DNA of 64,000 nt. Source: Azolla caroliniana. Lineage: Eukaryota > Plantae > Polypodiophyta. Positions 38,620-51,617 of this stretch are shown piece by piece. The DNA is taken from NCBI GenBank assembly GCA_043228905.1, contig JBHGNT010000004.1, positions 6,758,001 to 6,822,000 of the forward strand, read 5' to 3'. Each line of letters opens with the position of its first letter. Position 1 is the stretch's first letter. A program made the position numbers and the translations under genes. A model generated the notes under the pieces. That model did no database searches, was not told the DNA's origin, and saw nothing but the letters and a program-made list of their open reading frames with translations.

Positions 38620-40250
38620 TGTAAAACAATAGCGTGCGGAAGCAATAGAAAACCGAACACAGAAACGTAGGTTTAATGGCGAGCTTAGGATATACACAGT
38701 ACGCGGGAGAGAGAGAGAGAGAGAGCACGCAGAAACTCAATTCAAAATAATACTCAATCTGTACATGTATCTGTTCAGTGAACACTTTTATACAAGTCCA
38801 TACAGACTTACAGAAGTACGGTGTACTTCAATGCTCACACAAGCGTCTGACACTAACTATGAGACATTAACTACCTAGTAGTCTAGGCTGCTACTAGGCT
38901 TCCGGTTACTTATGGATCCAACTAACCGGCTCATTTGCTCACCGGCTCACCGATCCGGATCCGGTTGATCTTGTAGCTCAACACTCCCCCTCAAGCTCAA
39001 CTTGAGGTCGGATCGTAGTGTCAGTCTCCATGGCAGCCGATCCTTCCACCCAGTTGCTTCTGGTGTCACTCCGCCTCGGTCGCGCTCCTCGTCCCGTCCC
39101 ATCCCGTCCCGTTTGTTGTGACCCTTCTATTTCTACGCACTTCAACCTCCTCAGTCGGCTTGTCTGCTCAACATGCCCAAATCAGCTCCCTCGCTGTCGT
39201 GACTTTGGCGCTTGTCGATTCGCCGATTCCTTCGTGTTGGCGTCAACTTTTGCTGCCTTCTCGTCCTTTCGGCCTTGAATTGATCTGGTTCCTCCGAATC
39301 CGTCTGTTGAACCGAATCAATTGTCTCTGATTCGTTCCAGCTCTTGTCTAAACCAATCGCTCCCGATTCGTCTTCCGGTTCCAGGCCCTTCACCACATCG
39401 GACCATGTCCGGGTCTTGGCCTTCTTCTTTCGATCGACTCTGCCCTTCTTGACTCTACCACCACTTCCGCTTGTTCCGACTTGTTCGGATGTGTCAACTT
39501 CCTTTGTCGACTCGGCTCCTTCCTTCTTCTTGTCTCTCCCTTTATCGGTTCTTCCCTCACCGGCGCAATCAACAGTTTCTTTGACTTTGCCCGTTCTCCC
39601 CCTCAAGTGTGGCACATCGAGATGTTGAACACCAAGCATTTCGATGAAGTGTTGCAACTTGTCTGATCCGAGCAGTTTGGTGAAGATGTCGGCAACTTGC
39701 CGATACGTATGAACATACCAAAGTTCGACTTCACCGCTCAGGACACGCTCACGCACGAAGTGATAGTGCACTTCTATGTGCTTTGTGCGAGCATGGAATA
39801 TGGGGTTCTTGGCGAGCTGCATGCTGCTTATGTTGTCACAGTAGATCAGGATCGAGGTCGGCACCTCGATCCGCAAGTCTTGCAACAGTTGTCGAAGCCA
39901 AATGGTTTCACAGGTGGCAACGGTAGTGCCCCGATATTCAACCTCAGTGCTCAAAAGGGCCACTATGGGCTGTTTTTTGCTACTCCAAGCAACAACCACG
40001 CTACCAAGGGAAAACATATAGCCGAAGGTGGATCGGTGATCCGATGCATCGTCGGCCTAGTCGGCATCGGTGTAGCCGACTAGCTCTTCGGTTATACCAT
40101 GCCAGTATAACAATCATCAGTCCTTTGTGCCGCTCACATATCGCAAAATTCGATGCGCACACGAAAGGTGCTCCACGGTCGGCTTCTGCATATATTGGCT
40201 GACCACGCCAACCGAATAACTGATGTCGGGTCGGGTGATTGTCGAGTGTT
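38620..40250 (-). mobile_element. 3' part of a copia element: RT end, RNase H, charged C-terminal extension, PPT and 3' LTR (38983-38620)
   Basis: [59 protein letters not shown] followed by TGTTGAGC...TTTTACA. Confidence 0.93.
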
Positions 40251-40254
40251 TGTG

Positions 40255-40727
40255 AATTCGCAAATTCATGGATTTTGGCTTCAAAATGGCATCCCAATGG
40301 TAAAATTTGGTGTGCGATCAAATGTTTTGGTTTTAAGATTAAATTTTGGTCACTTCAATCACAAATTTTGGTTTTATGGGATTAAACCAGTATAACTCGG
40401 TGTAAATTCATAGAATTGGATTTTAAGGTGACCTTTCAATTGAAATATCTGATATATAATATAATTTTGATAATTTAGTTTGATTTATGATGTATTTTGA
40501 AAAATAAAAGTGGTAAAAATTGGTCCAAATAGGTACATATATAGTGGCATTATGGTAAATAAGTTTAGGTTTAAGGGTATTCTAGTAAATAGGGCTTGTA
40601 GATTTGAGTGTATAATTACTTTATAAAGTGTATTTTTTTGGACATAGGGGTAGTTTGGTAAATTTGGAACTTCCAAGGGCATTCTGGTAAATAGACGAAC
40701 TTCCAGGGGTATCCTGTTACTTTTCCC
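40255..40727. mobile_element. Possible Mutator-like (MULE) terminal inverted repeat end
   Basis: Ends ...GGGGTATCCTGTTACTTTTCCC (minus GGGAAAAGTAACAGGATACCCC) with duplicated GAACTTCCA(A/G)GGG, as in MULE TIRs. Partner end not found. Confidence 0.4.
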
Positions 40728-43700
40728 TTGTGGAAATAAGGAGGTAATTTAAATAAATGATGATGATGACGATAGTGTCAACAAACATGGAAACAGTAAC
40801 AGAGGAAGAGAAAGATCATGATTTTTTCGTCAAGAATCTTATATTCTAAATAAAACATACGTCCTTGGGTGACAAATCATCACTTGGAGGCTAACTCTTA
40901 CATAGGAACCCCTTGGACTCTCTTTGATTCGGTGCACATAGGCATGTGTGTGACATAGAAAGGAATTCATAGATTGTTAGTGATATCTAGACCTATTATA
41001 TAAACCGCTAATCAAGATTCCATAACATCATTGGATGTCTCCTATCTATAGTGGGGTGCATTAATGGGGACAAATTATGTAAAAAAAATGTGTAAGAAGA
41101 TTTTATTTCTTATCATGTGTCCAAATTGCATAATACTAAGATCTGACACGATTGAGTTACAATCTACGAAAATTTTCCTCCATGGTATTATTTTCTTCCT
41201 AACATAAATGGACACGTAATAAAGCAAAGGAAACACAATCCCTCAAAATGAGGAGATAGAGCAAACCCACAAGCAACCGATATCATTACATCGATATCCA
41301 AACAAAAAAAAGGAGATTAGAAATTCATCTTTCCTTCAGAAAAAGAAAGAAGTGAGAATCACAAATTCCATTTTTATTACCAGCTTAACAAATCCTAAAT
41401 GGCACCACCATTTGGGTAGGAAGGATATATCATATGATAATGTAGATAGATAAACAGATAGATAGGTATGGGCTTTTACAAGATGATTATCTTCATAATG
41501 CAACTTGGTATACCCATGACAACCATAAATTGAGCATAAGAAACAACACCCCAAGGTTCATCTCGCAGTACGTTTTTGAACAAGAAACCAAAGAGGATGT
41601 TACATGCCATCCTGGTACATTGCATTGTGAGGCAACCTTCACTACATGTCTATCTGGGAATATGGTGCACATTAAACACCCCATGTCAACACAAGGAAAC
41701 AAGCTAATGTTGCTATAAAAAGGGTGACAATTATTATATGTTTGCAGTCTATGAACCATAAAGACTTGCTTAAATACAATTGTTCTACAATCTAGGAATG
41801 AACGATTTTCAAATGCAATGTTTTCAAATTAGGGGAGGAAGGAGAGTGAAATGTGGAGATATCAAATATCAAATACTATGTTACTTTCGAAATTCTTAGA
41901 CTAGATTTCAGTCTTGTCATGATTGTTTAACACCTTCTTTCCTTTTTCTATTTCATTTCATTTCGCCCTCCATGCCACTCATATATTATACGTAAACCGT
42001 ACCAAAATTTATGACTTAGTAGGATAATATAAAACAGTAGAGGAGCAAGTGTGAATAGAACAAAAGTCGAGAAAAACTGAAAGAGTTGGATTGAGTAATC
42101 AATTAAAGATTAGGTAAGGCTACAAAACGAGGCTATTTAGTGTGTTATATAAAATGTTAACTTATAACGATGGGTAAAGATGTTGTTACCTATGGAGACT
42201 ATCAAACTACTTGAAAGGAGCTATTTTCAATAGACATAGGATGACACAAGTTTAATAATGAACATAAATATATATACTTCTAATTATGTAATATGAGACT
42301 ATCTTGAAATCGTTATTAAATGTCAAAGTTCCAACCAACGGTGCAACCCCTTCTCTTCTCAGCGACAAAACATATAACATTGGGAATATCCTTTTAGGGG
42401 ACACTATTTTAGGCACATACATAAAATATATTAACATATTTCCGAGGAGTTCTGGATCAAACTACCTCTCTCTTTCTCTCTCTCTCTATATATATATCGT
42501 GATCAATGTGATCATCTTTATAATCTTTAAGGTGCCCTAAAGAGTTATGGATATGAAAATAATTGAATTGGTTATCATTATTTTGATATGCTCATGAGCA
42601 TGCCAACCACTTCTTCCGAATAGATATAATCATGATTTTGTTTCGCACCATTTTGACATTGGTTTATCTCATTCGATTCGAGAATAGTGAAGGAAAACAA
42701 GTAGCACTCACAAATATAGCCTATACAAACAAGACACCACGTGCAAAGACAACATGGAGAGTGACCTCTTGTTTGTAAATGTATCAATGAATTGACATTG
42801 ATAAGACTATTACAATTTACAAATATGTGAATCGTGATTATTAAGCTTGGTATCCAAAAATCTTCCTATTTCGAGACTTGAAAAGTGAAGCAAGAAAAAC
42901 CTCAATTAAACTCCACTTTCATATCCTGACACGTAATCTTTACGAAAACATTCCAAACTCAAGCCTCTCAAGTCGTATGGAGGTGGTGCTAGTAGAAAGT
43001 GATGTATACAATAAAATGTATGTGGTCGTATATTTATATAGTGTAAAAATCATAACAAGCTAGGCAATGAAGATAGTGGGAGGGGGCTGAATAAGTTTTG
43101 AGTCAGCATCGTTTGGAAGATAGCAAAATGAATGTCATCTTTGACAAGCCACAATAACAAACCTCACCAAGTTATAAAACGAAATAAAGCTATTATGATG
43201 GGAATGTGAAAATGTAAAAGAAAATGTTGGGGAGTATGCCATTAAATTATCTTACCTTCGTCATAAACTTCAATCCGCTTTCTATTAAATCCTCTTCCTT
43301 TTACATTCTTTGATGTTGCTTTCTACCCAGGGTTCAATATGAAATGGTAGGGTCATATGAAAAAAGATTATTATTTGCTTAATGCATTATCTCTCAATGG
43401 TGTGATAAGTATCAGAGGACTTCATTTTAGCATTCATTGCATTGGTGCATCAATATCTTAGTGGTAGTACAATGTTTGCATTTACGATCTAGTGAAGTAG
43501 ATATCCCTTTCTCTATTTAAAAACACAATATGGTTGATTTAATAATATCCCTTGCCACCTCCCCTATAAGGTGAACAAAATATAGTTGGAACTAGAGAAT
43601 TAAAGAATGAAGCCATTTGTCACATTCACAATCTAGTGAGATAAGTGTGATTATTGATGGTTCAAAGAACCAAAACTCAGATAAAAGAAAAAGTTTGGGA

Positions 43701-46700
43701 TTAGGATTTAACTTGTTGAGCTTGGGTGGTATAATGACTAGAAAAGGGAGGGGGAAGAAGAAGGCTATTAGCACCTCTAAAGAGGCAAATGCCATATATG
43801 AGGCCAAATGTTACACATCTTATAGTTTGTTTGCTTGTCACATAAATGAAACTAGCAAACCCTAAATTATATATCTTATACTAAACCAAGAAGGCAAGAT
43901 TGGCTAACTTCACCCATCCCAAATGCACATGGGATGCCTAGTCTTATTGTATTGTTGTGGTTGAGGAATCACACATATATGTCATACATAAGATGTTAAT
44001 CCATGTCTATAGGGATGATTATGGTGGAGGAAAGTGAATAAGGTATAGTGTCAACCTCATTGGATGGGGTCTTGAGGTTTGTAAAAAGGAAAAAGGTGGA
44101 AATGGATAAGAGTTTGGAATAAAAAGATAAGAAGGAGACGTGGATCGAAGGATTAGGCTTGACCTTATTTAATTCTATGATAAAGTTATCTATTTGCTTT
44201 ACTAACAAAATGTTGCATGGTTGCGACATATATGTTCTATGGGTTTTGCACCTGTTGTATACATTTTTTCAATGAATTTAGGATGCAACATTGTAAATAT
44301 AGCAATTTTGCCACAATCTCCAAATCAACACTTCTATATAATATGACATGATTATTCATGTTGTGGAGAAAATCTCAAGGGAACGTGTGCCTCTTCCCCA
44401 TAAACTACACGTGTTCTTGCTTACACACCAATCACTTTTGTATTTATTCTCCCATGTTCGTATTACCTAAGAGTGATTGCACATGTGTGCCTCCTCTTAT
44501 TGTTTCATCATCTTTCTTACTCTCACCCATTTCACATGATTACTTTGTAGGTTTTTAACAAGCCTTTCTATTCTCGCCCATTTGGTCAGATAGCTTGGAC
44601 ATGGACACATCTCCATGTTTTATTGAAATTTCCAATATTTGGACCCAAATACCTTTTGGCCAAAGAAAAAAAACTCATTTAATGATTCCGGTAAGGCTCT
44701 AGGATGTCCTTCGTGTTCATGAAATCCGATAGTACTTCAACATGCACTCCATGAATATAAGGTGTGCCTACATTTTTACCTCTCCTTACCTTCGCACTAC
44801 AAAGTAAGTGCTCAAGTTGTAGCATTTCCTCACAGTCAATTACGATTGCCCCCTTATCATTTATGCATGCATTGATGCGGCAACTTTATACAAGTGGAGT
44901 CATGAAACTAACACTCTTTTAATAAAAGTGAAACAACTTGTATATGGGGGGGGTGGGGGGGGGGGGGTACTATCAATAATATCCCTCCTATTTTGCGGAG
45001 TAGAGAAATGGGCCTATAACTTAATAAAAAGGATAAAATACATGTAATGCTAGCAAGTGATTATTGTGAGATATCTATGATTATAATAAAACAAATAACA
45101 ATAACCTATTAAGATTATAACACATCTTGATTAGATCAATCTAATTACTTATAATACAACTTGGTCAGTTATGATGCATCCTTATTAGATTGAGCTTAAT
45201 TCTAATGCAACTCGATAAAGCAACTTAATTGTGTCAAACTAATTCAATGTCACAACCTAATTAGAGTAACCAGTTAGTTCACCTAAGTAACTACGGCATG
45301 TTTTTCGACATATGTGGAGGAAGCCATGTCCTCATTGTTAGTAACTCCTTGACTTGTTTCTTTTCCATATTTCTCACATTATTTCTAAACAACCCAAAGG
45401 GAGGCGACATTTTACCATTCACAATCTTTTTCAATATTTAGTGGAAACAAGAAAGCTCCAACAAAATTTCTAGTTTAGCACCAAATCATTAAGCGGAAAT
45501 GGTATGGAAGATGGTATACATAGGATGATAGGAAGTACTATATTTCCAGGGACACCATGTCGTAAAACACATTTAGGAGACATAATCTTCAATGACTTAA
45601 CCATAAAAACGACATGGTTTTGAAAAAGATATATATGTTAACTAAATTATAAACCAATGTTGCTTTTATGGAGGGCATTCTTGAACTTGCACACGTTAGA
45701 AAGGTTGTTTGCTCTAATCCGAACTATTCCAACTAACGTTTTCTTTATTTTAAGAGCAAAAAGGCAAATGAAATAGGATAGCTTGAAACTGGCTTCGGTA
45801 TAAACACGAATGAATACATGAACAATTTTTTGTCGTATTTTTGAAATAACATAAACAACTTGGGTACTTTTTATGTGTTTCCTTAATATATGGATATACA
45901 CACACATTACATTTTTGCATCATCGTATAGGGGAGAGAAATAAGTTGCTTCTTATTTTATATGTATTTTGTAAATCAACAAACATTTGTTGTTTCATGCT
46001 TAAAACACACCATAGTTTATAATGTTTGAAAACCACTAGGAATGAAGGATTTGTCATGTTTACAATTTCCATTACAACCTTTGTACGAAGCTTATGGTCG
46101 ACAACTTTATGGCATCATAAGTACGAGATTCTATTGTTTTAAATTTGAGAGATGAGTTGGTTCACTCAAGGAATTCAATTGTTTTTTCTCGTGGGGGCAA
46201 GAGAAAACATATGTCATTATGAGTGTTGTTCAAGACACATGCATCTTTACTTTTCCGTAACATGCATTTTTGGATAATTTCATACGTGTTTAATGTCATT
46301 TGAGCTTTATTTTAATATACATGTGTTTGTCTCTTGACATCAACAGTGGGCTTTCTCCACTGATAACTCTTCAAGGAGGAAAGAAGGGATGGGATTGCAA
46401 CTTGGGAACCAACAACTAGGAGGGACACAGAGGAGCAAAAGAACATGCTTTTGAGATTAGAAAATGGTGTTAAACCTCATGGATTCAAGTGACTAGGAGT
46501 GATTGAAAATGTCGTGGTTTACAAGGAGGGATGGGATTACAACTTGGGGCCTGAAAGTTGACTTGCAACTAGGAGGGATGGAGTAAAGATTCCCTTAACT
46601 TAGACGGAGATGTAGAAACTTTATTTGGGAGTGGGACCAAAACAGTTTGGGGAAATTTTTATAGTGATAGACACATTATGTAGCGTTTGTATTATGTACA

Positions 46701-47813
46701 CTCTCGAGAAGGTTAAACTTCACCTGACAAACATCTTTTTGAACAACTGTCCTACATTTTGCACAAATTGTTGACCTAGTTTTGGGTGAACTTAAAGATG
46801 AGTAATCCCCTAGACGCTATGCTATGTCTTTTCTCCATAGCATCGACTTGCTTCACAAAACATCCGTGTTTGCAAATTCACGTGAGTATTATGAGAACAA
46901 TGAAATGAAAGTTGCAACCTCTTTGTATATGCTCGAAGCACAAGAACATTTAATTGACCCCAAGGAGAAGGGAAAGGTGAGACCCCCCCACCCCAACACA
47001 CGCACACGCACACAAGACGAATACATCCAGACTAGAATTTGGGTGTGTGCAAGTGTGAAGGTAGTGGTAGATGAAGACCAACCATGACAAAGATGGAGTT
47101 ATTTTTTTGTAAGCTAAACAAGAGGAAGAGGAGATGAAATGGGAGGAAGCACTTCACGAGAATGCTTCTCTATTTTTGTCTACCTAGCTAGGTAAGGGCA
47201 TGGGTGCGTATACATCATATTGCGTGCAAAATGCGCACACATGTTCAAGTCAAACCATTAAAATGAAGCAAGCAACCATCAAAACTCTTCAAGTTTTTTT
47301 TGTTGTCGATGGTGGTGTTGTAAGTTTTCCTCTCGTGTGGCGAGACTTTGATGGCGTCATTGGGGGGGGCGGGGAGGGGGAGAGTGAGTTTGTTCACATG
47401 AGGACGGGTCCGGGCCCAGGGACGGAAGGACACACGCAAAGACTGATATGAAGAATGGGCGCGAGCACGAGGGCCAACATGGAGGGAGGAGGCACGCGCA
47501 CACATGCACATTCGCCCATCCATTATATGCACTTACATACATACATACATACGTACATACATACATACATACATACATATAGGTTAGGTACGGTACTATC
47601 GGGAGGGAGGGAGGGAGTGGATGGAGAGAGGTGGGTTTGAACTTTGGGGGCGCGTTTTGGATAAGGCGATATGATGACGGTGGATCATCATCATCATCAT
47701 CATGAAAGAAGAAGAAGAAGAAATGGATAAGAGTTTATCCTAAACTTCTTGCGTCAGTCACGTTATCTCCACAGACACAGACACATGACCCATACACATG
47801 ACGCATGACGCAT

Positions 47814-48022
<209 letters not shown>

Positions 48023-48223
48023 ACATTATACATTAATACAATTAATTATATACATTGTGAGTGTGTCCTATCATTAACTAATACAGCGATTCCGTTGGGG
48101 TTGGGTTTTCTTCTCCTCTTCTTCTCTCTTTCTCTTCTTCTGTTCTTGCGTTCGCTTCAGCTCCCCTTCTCTGTGCTGTCTGTGTCTTGCAAGGCTTCAT
48201 CCATCCATCCATCCATCCATCCC

Positions 48224-48295
48224 ATGGCGATGGCGATGGCGATGGCGGCTTCTATCATACTCACCCTCACCATGCCGCCCGCACAGCTCCCATGA
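48224..48295 (+). promoter_or_regulatory. Candidate upstream ORF MAMAMAMAASIILTLTMPPAQLP*, overlapping the main start as ATGA
   Basis: (ATGGCG)4 begins at 48224; TGA at 48293-48295 overlaps ATG at 48292-48294. Confidence 0.45.
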
Positions 48296-49784
48296 CACCA
48301 TCGCCTCCTGCCTCTGCTTCTGTTCCTGCTTCGTCTTCTTCATCTGCTTCTGCTTCTGCTTCTGCTTCTTCGTCTCCAGCTCCCATGGCTTCCTCCGCTC
48401 TTCAGGGCCGCCATCATAGATCCACAGATTCCTTCTACACACACCTCCCCCCGCAGCTTCAGCAACGCCGCCTCCTCCTCATATATCCCTCCCACCCTCC
48501 CACTCCCACTCCTCCTCTTCAATCCCTCCATCCCTCCTCCTCCTCTTCTTCTTCTTTTGGATCTCTCCCTCTCACCAACACCTTACCTCCTCCTCCTCCA
48601 TCATCATCATCATTTCCTTCTTCTTCTTCTTCTTCTTCTTCTTCTTCTTCTGATGACCTTCCTCCTAGCTTCTGCTGTATTAATGCCCAAGGTCCTCATG
48701 ATTCTTCACCTGCCAAGTCCATGTCTTCAGCAGCCTTATCTGGCATCGTTCATCACCAGACCTTCGAATCATCCTCGTTTGAGTCTTCTTCTTCTTCTGG
48801 TTTCGAGTCTTCTGGTTTCAAGTCTATGTCTTCAGCAGCCTTATCTGGCATCATTCATCATCGAAACTTCGAATCATCCTCGTTTGAGTCTTCTTCTTCT
48901 TCTGGTTTCGAGTCTTCCATCTCCAATGATGACTCGGAAGAAGACGAAATATCGTCATCGTCTTCACAAACCCTTCCTCCTCCATGCCCGTCCCAGCAGA
49001 ATCAGAATGAACCTCTAGAGAATCTCAACTCTCTCTCTTCTGCGCTTCCTATCAAGTGAGTCCTCTGGTTCAAACCCTCATTCTGCCATTTTTGAGGCAT
49101 TATATAATCTTGAATCTTATGCGCAACGTTTTTAGTTTCATTAATCAATTTTGCAATCGCAATCAGTTCATCTGGAACTTGATGGTACCAAGCAGCCGTT
49201 TTCTTGATTCAGATATTAATTAAATGATACCGTGATTGAATCAGATGAAATTTTTACCGGATCCCATTTCACTCGGGACTCAGGCATTGACTAGACCATA
49301 TGCAAGTTTAATTTGGAAGCAACCGATCTGTGTGCGCTGTATTAATTACTGATTTGCTTTCACTTTCTTGTATAATTTGCCTCTTTGCAGGAGAGGATTA
49401 TCTCGCTATTTCTCTGGAAAATCTCAGTCATTTTCTTGCATGAGCCGTGCTGCTTCCATAGCTGATCTGGCGAAACCTGAGAATCCATTTAATATGAAGG
49501 CAAAGAGACGCAAAACAGGAGGATCAAGGAAGAACAGCGGTAACATTATGAGTTGCAAAAATTCTCAAGATGATGATAATGATGATGCTGATGATGAAGA
49601 AGAAGAGAATCATCATCATCACCACCACCATTCTTATCCTCCAAGAAAACCAGGCACGAAATTGCATGTGAAGTTTCATCAACCTGATTACCAAATGAAC
49701 CATAGCCAGCTTCTTCACAATAACAAGATGATAAAGTCATTGTCTTCCAAATGCGTTTCTGTTCCTGAACTCCAAGAAACATGA
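48292..49784 (+). CDS. OXIDATIVE STRESS 3 (OXS3)/O3L-like protein with Ser/Pro-rich N-terminus; 2 exons
   Basis: Exon 1 ends at 49055 and exon 2 spans 49391-49784 (GT-AG). Family motif L.SLSSALPIKRGLSRYFSGKSQSF.....A....DLAKPENP.N.K.KRRK spans the junction. Start codon uncertain (48292 or 48385). Confidence 0.85.
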
Positions 49785-51617
49785 TTTCTAGGACAAATTA
49801 CCTTCTTCTGGACACTAATATTAGGTTATACTACCTTAATGCTGTTATCCGCAGATCCTGCTAATATAATCTTCGCCGTCCCCTTATCTTAATTCTGACT
49901 CGGATCGTATCGGATTGATTTTGGCACTCTCAGCACAGTAAGAGAAGGCCATGGTCTTCACATGGTACCATGCACTCTCTCGAAATGCAACAGTTCTCTT
50001 GTGATGTTTTTCTCATGTGTATAAATCTTCAAACAGATGAAAATCTCCAAATCAATGGTTTCTTCATGTATGTACATAGTTCTAGGATTGGATACACAGC
50101 AGATCCATGAAAGGAAGAAGGAAGAAGAATGTAAAGGAAAGCAAGGGTCACTTGTAACAGTTATTTGGTTTCTGCTAATTGTTTTTCCTCTTCTTTCTCT
50201 TTCACTCAGGACAACAAAAGACAATTTAAGATTGCTTTTCCTCTTCTTTCTTATGTGGTGGAATTTTGGAACATACTGTGTGCATGCATATGACTAAATG
50301 ATCTTCGTTTCTGAGAAGATGAAATGGGTTGTCTGTATGTGGTACCATGTCCATGTCCAAGTCCATTCTCCATTTGGTTGTGTTCCTGCCCATTTCCATG
50401 TCCATGACCTATCCATCTCTTACCATGCACCTCTATTAAACGAAAGGAGAAACTAAATTTATAAGCTATTTCTTTCTAACTCTTGATATTAGATCATATC
50501 ATTTTTTATATTACCTTACAGATATATAGAATTATGCGTAATGAAGGGTGTTTTCTTTCAGGCATTTGTTTTGAACAATAGTATGAAGTTATATAGGCAT
50601 AGATCTTTTGAAAAACTACCAATATTGGTGGTTAAATTCTTGAACCTGTAACTATATCTTGTTGACACTAAAGAAAAGAAGCAATTGGAGCCGAAATCAG
50701 CGGTATCATGTATGTACAATTATACCTTCTAGAAGGATTAACATTTAGAACAAAAAGCATCATCATGATTTGAATCATGGAAATTATGATAACTATATGG
50801 ACTCAATTTTCAAATTTGTGGGCTTCAGCATGACTGTTGCTTAAGCCCAAAAATTTGAATTTTGAATTTCTTAAATGAAAGAAAGCTGGACATCTAAGAA
50901 AACCAAATTTGACTTAAAAGCCATAGATGGGGAGGCATTCAACCACAGGACTCAACTTAACAAATAACACATTACAGCTTTAATTTGTATGACATGCCCG
51001 GCAAAGTTTGATCCCAAACTTCATGATTGTCCATGCAAGTGACGCCAGGGTATTAGATGATGGCAACAACAATAATAATAATGGTGGGAGTATAATTAGC
51101 CATGGCCCTGTTTCCCCTGTTTCCACTATGACTACTACTAATAGAATGAATACCCATCATCCTCATGAGATCGATAATAATTTGCAAGCAGCTGTTTCCA
51201 TCCATGGTGTGGTTCTTGTATTGGAATAATATACGAAAACCAATAATTGTTTGCATTGGGATGGGGACGTTGGCCACTGTTTCTGGTTCAGTCACTTTCT
51301 TTGTAAGCCACAGGTAGGGAATTTGACTCCCTCTTGCAGTAGCCCCCCTCATCCCCCAAAACAGAATTAGGGAGTAACAACAAACAATTGAATCTTTGTT
51401 AAGATTCAATAGAAGTTTACCTTAATTGCCAAGGCCCGGGTAGAAGTTCACGTTGATTGCCAATCTCTATAGTCTCATAAAATAAGCAAACAAAATCAAG
51501 TTTCCACCACATTTTGAGAATGTGTTTGGCAAAGTAAAAGTTACATTGTCAAAGCACCACATTCCATGAGTTTGGCTTCATGAAGGCAAAAGCTAAAACC
51601 AAAACTCTTTTGCTTTA

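Noticed and set aside
40800-47100. Short ORFs in the long AT-rich interval
   Set aside because: No recognisable motifs or consistent exon chain; probably very old TE debris.
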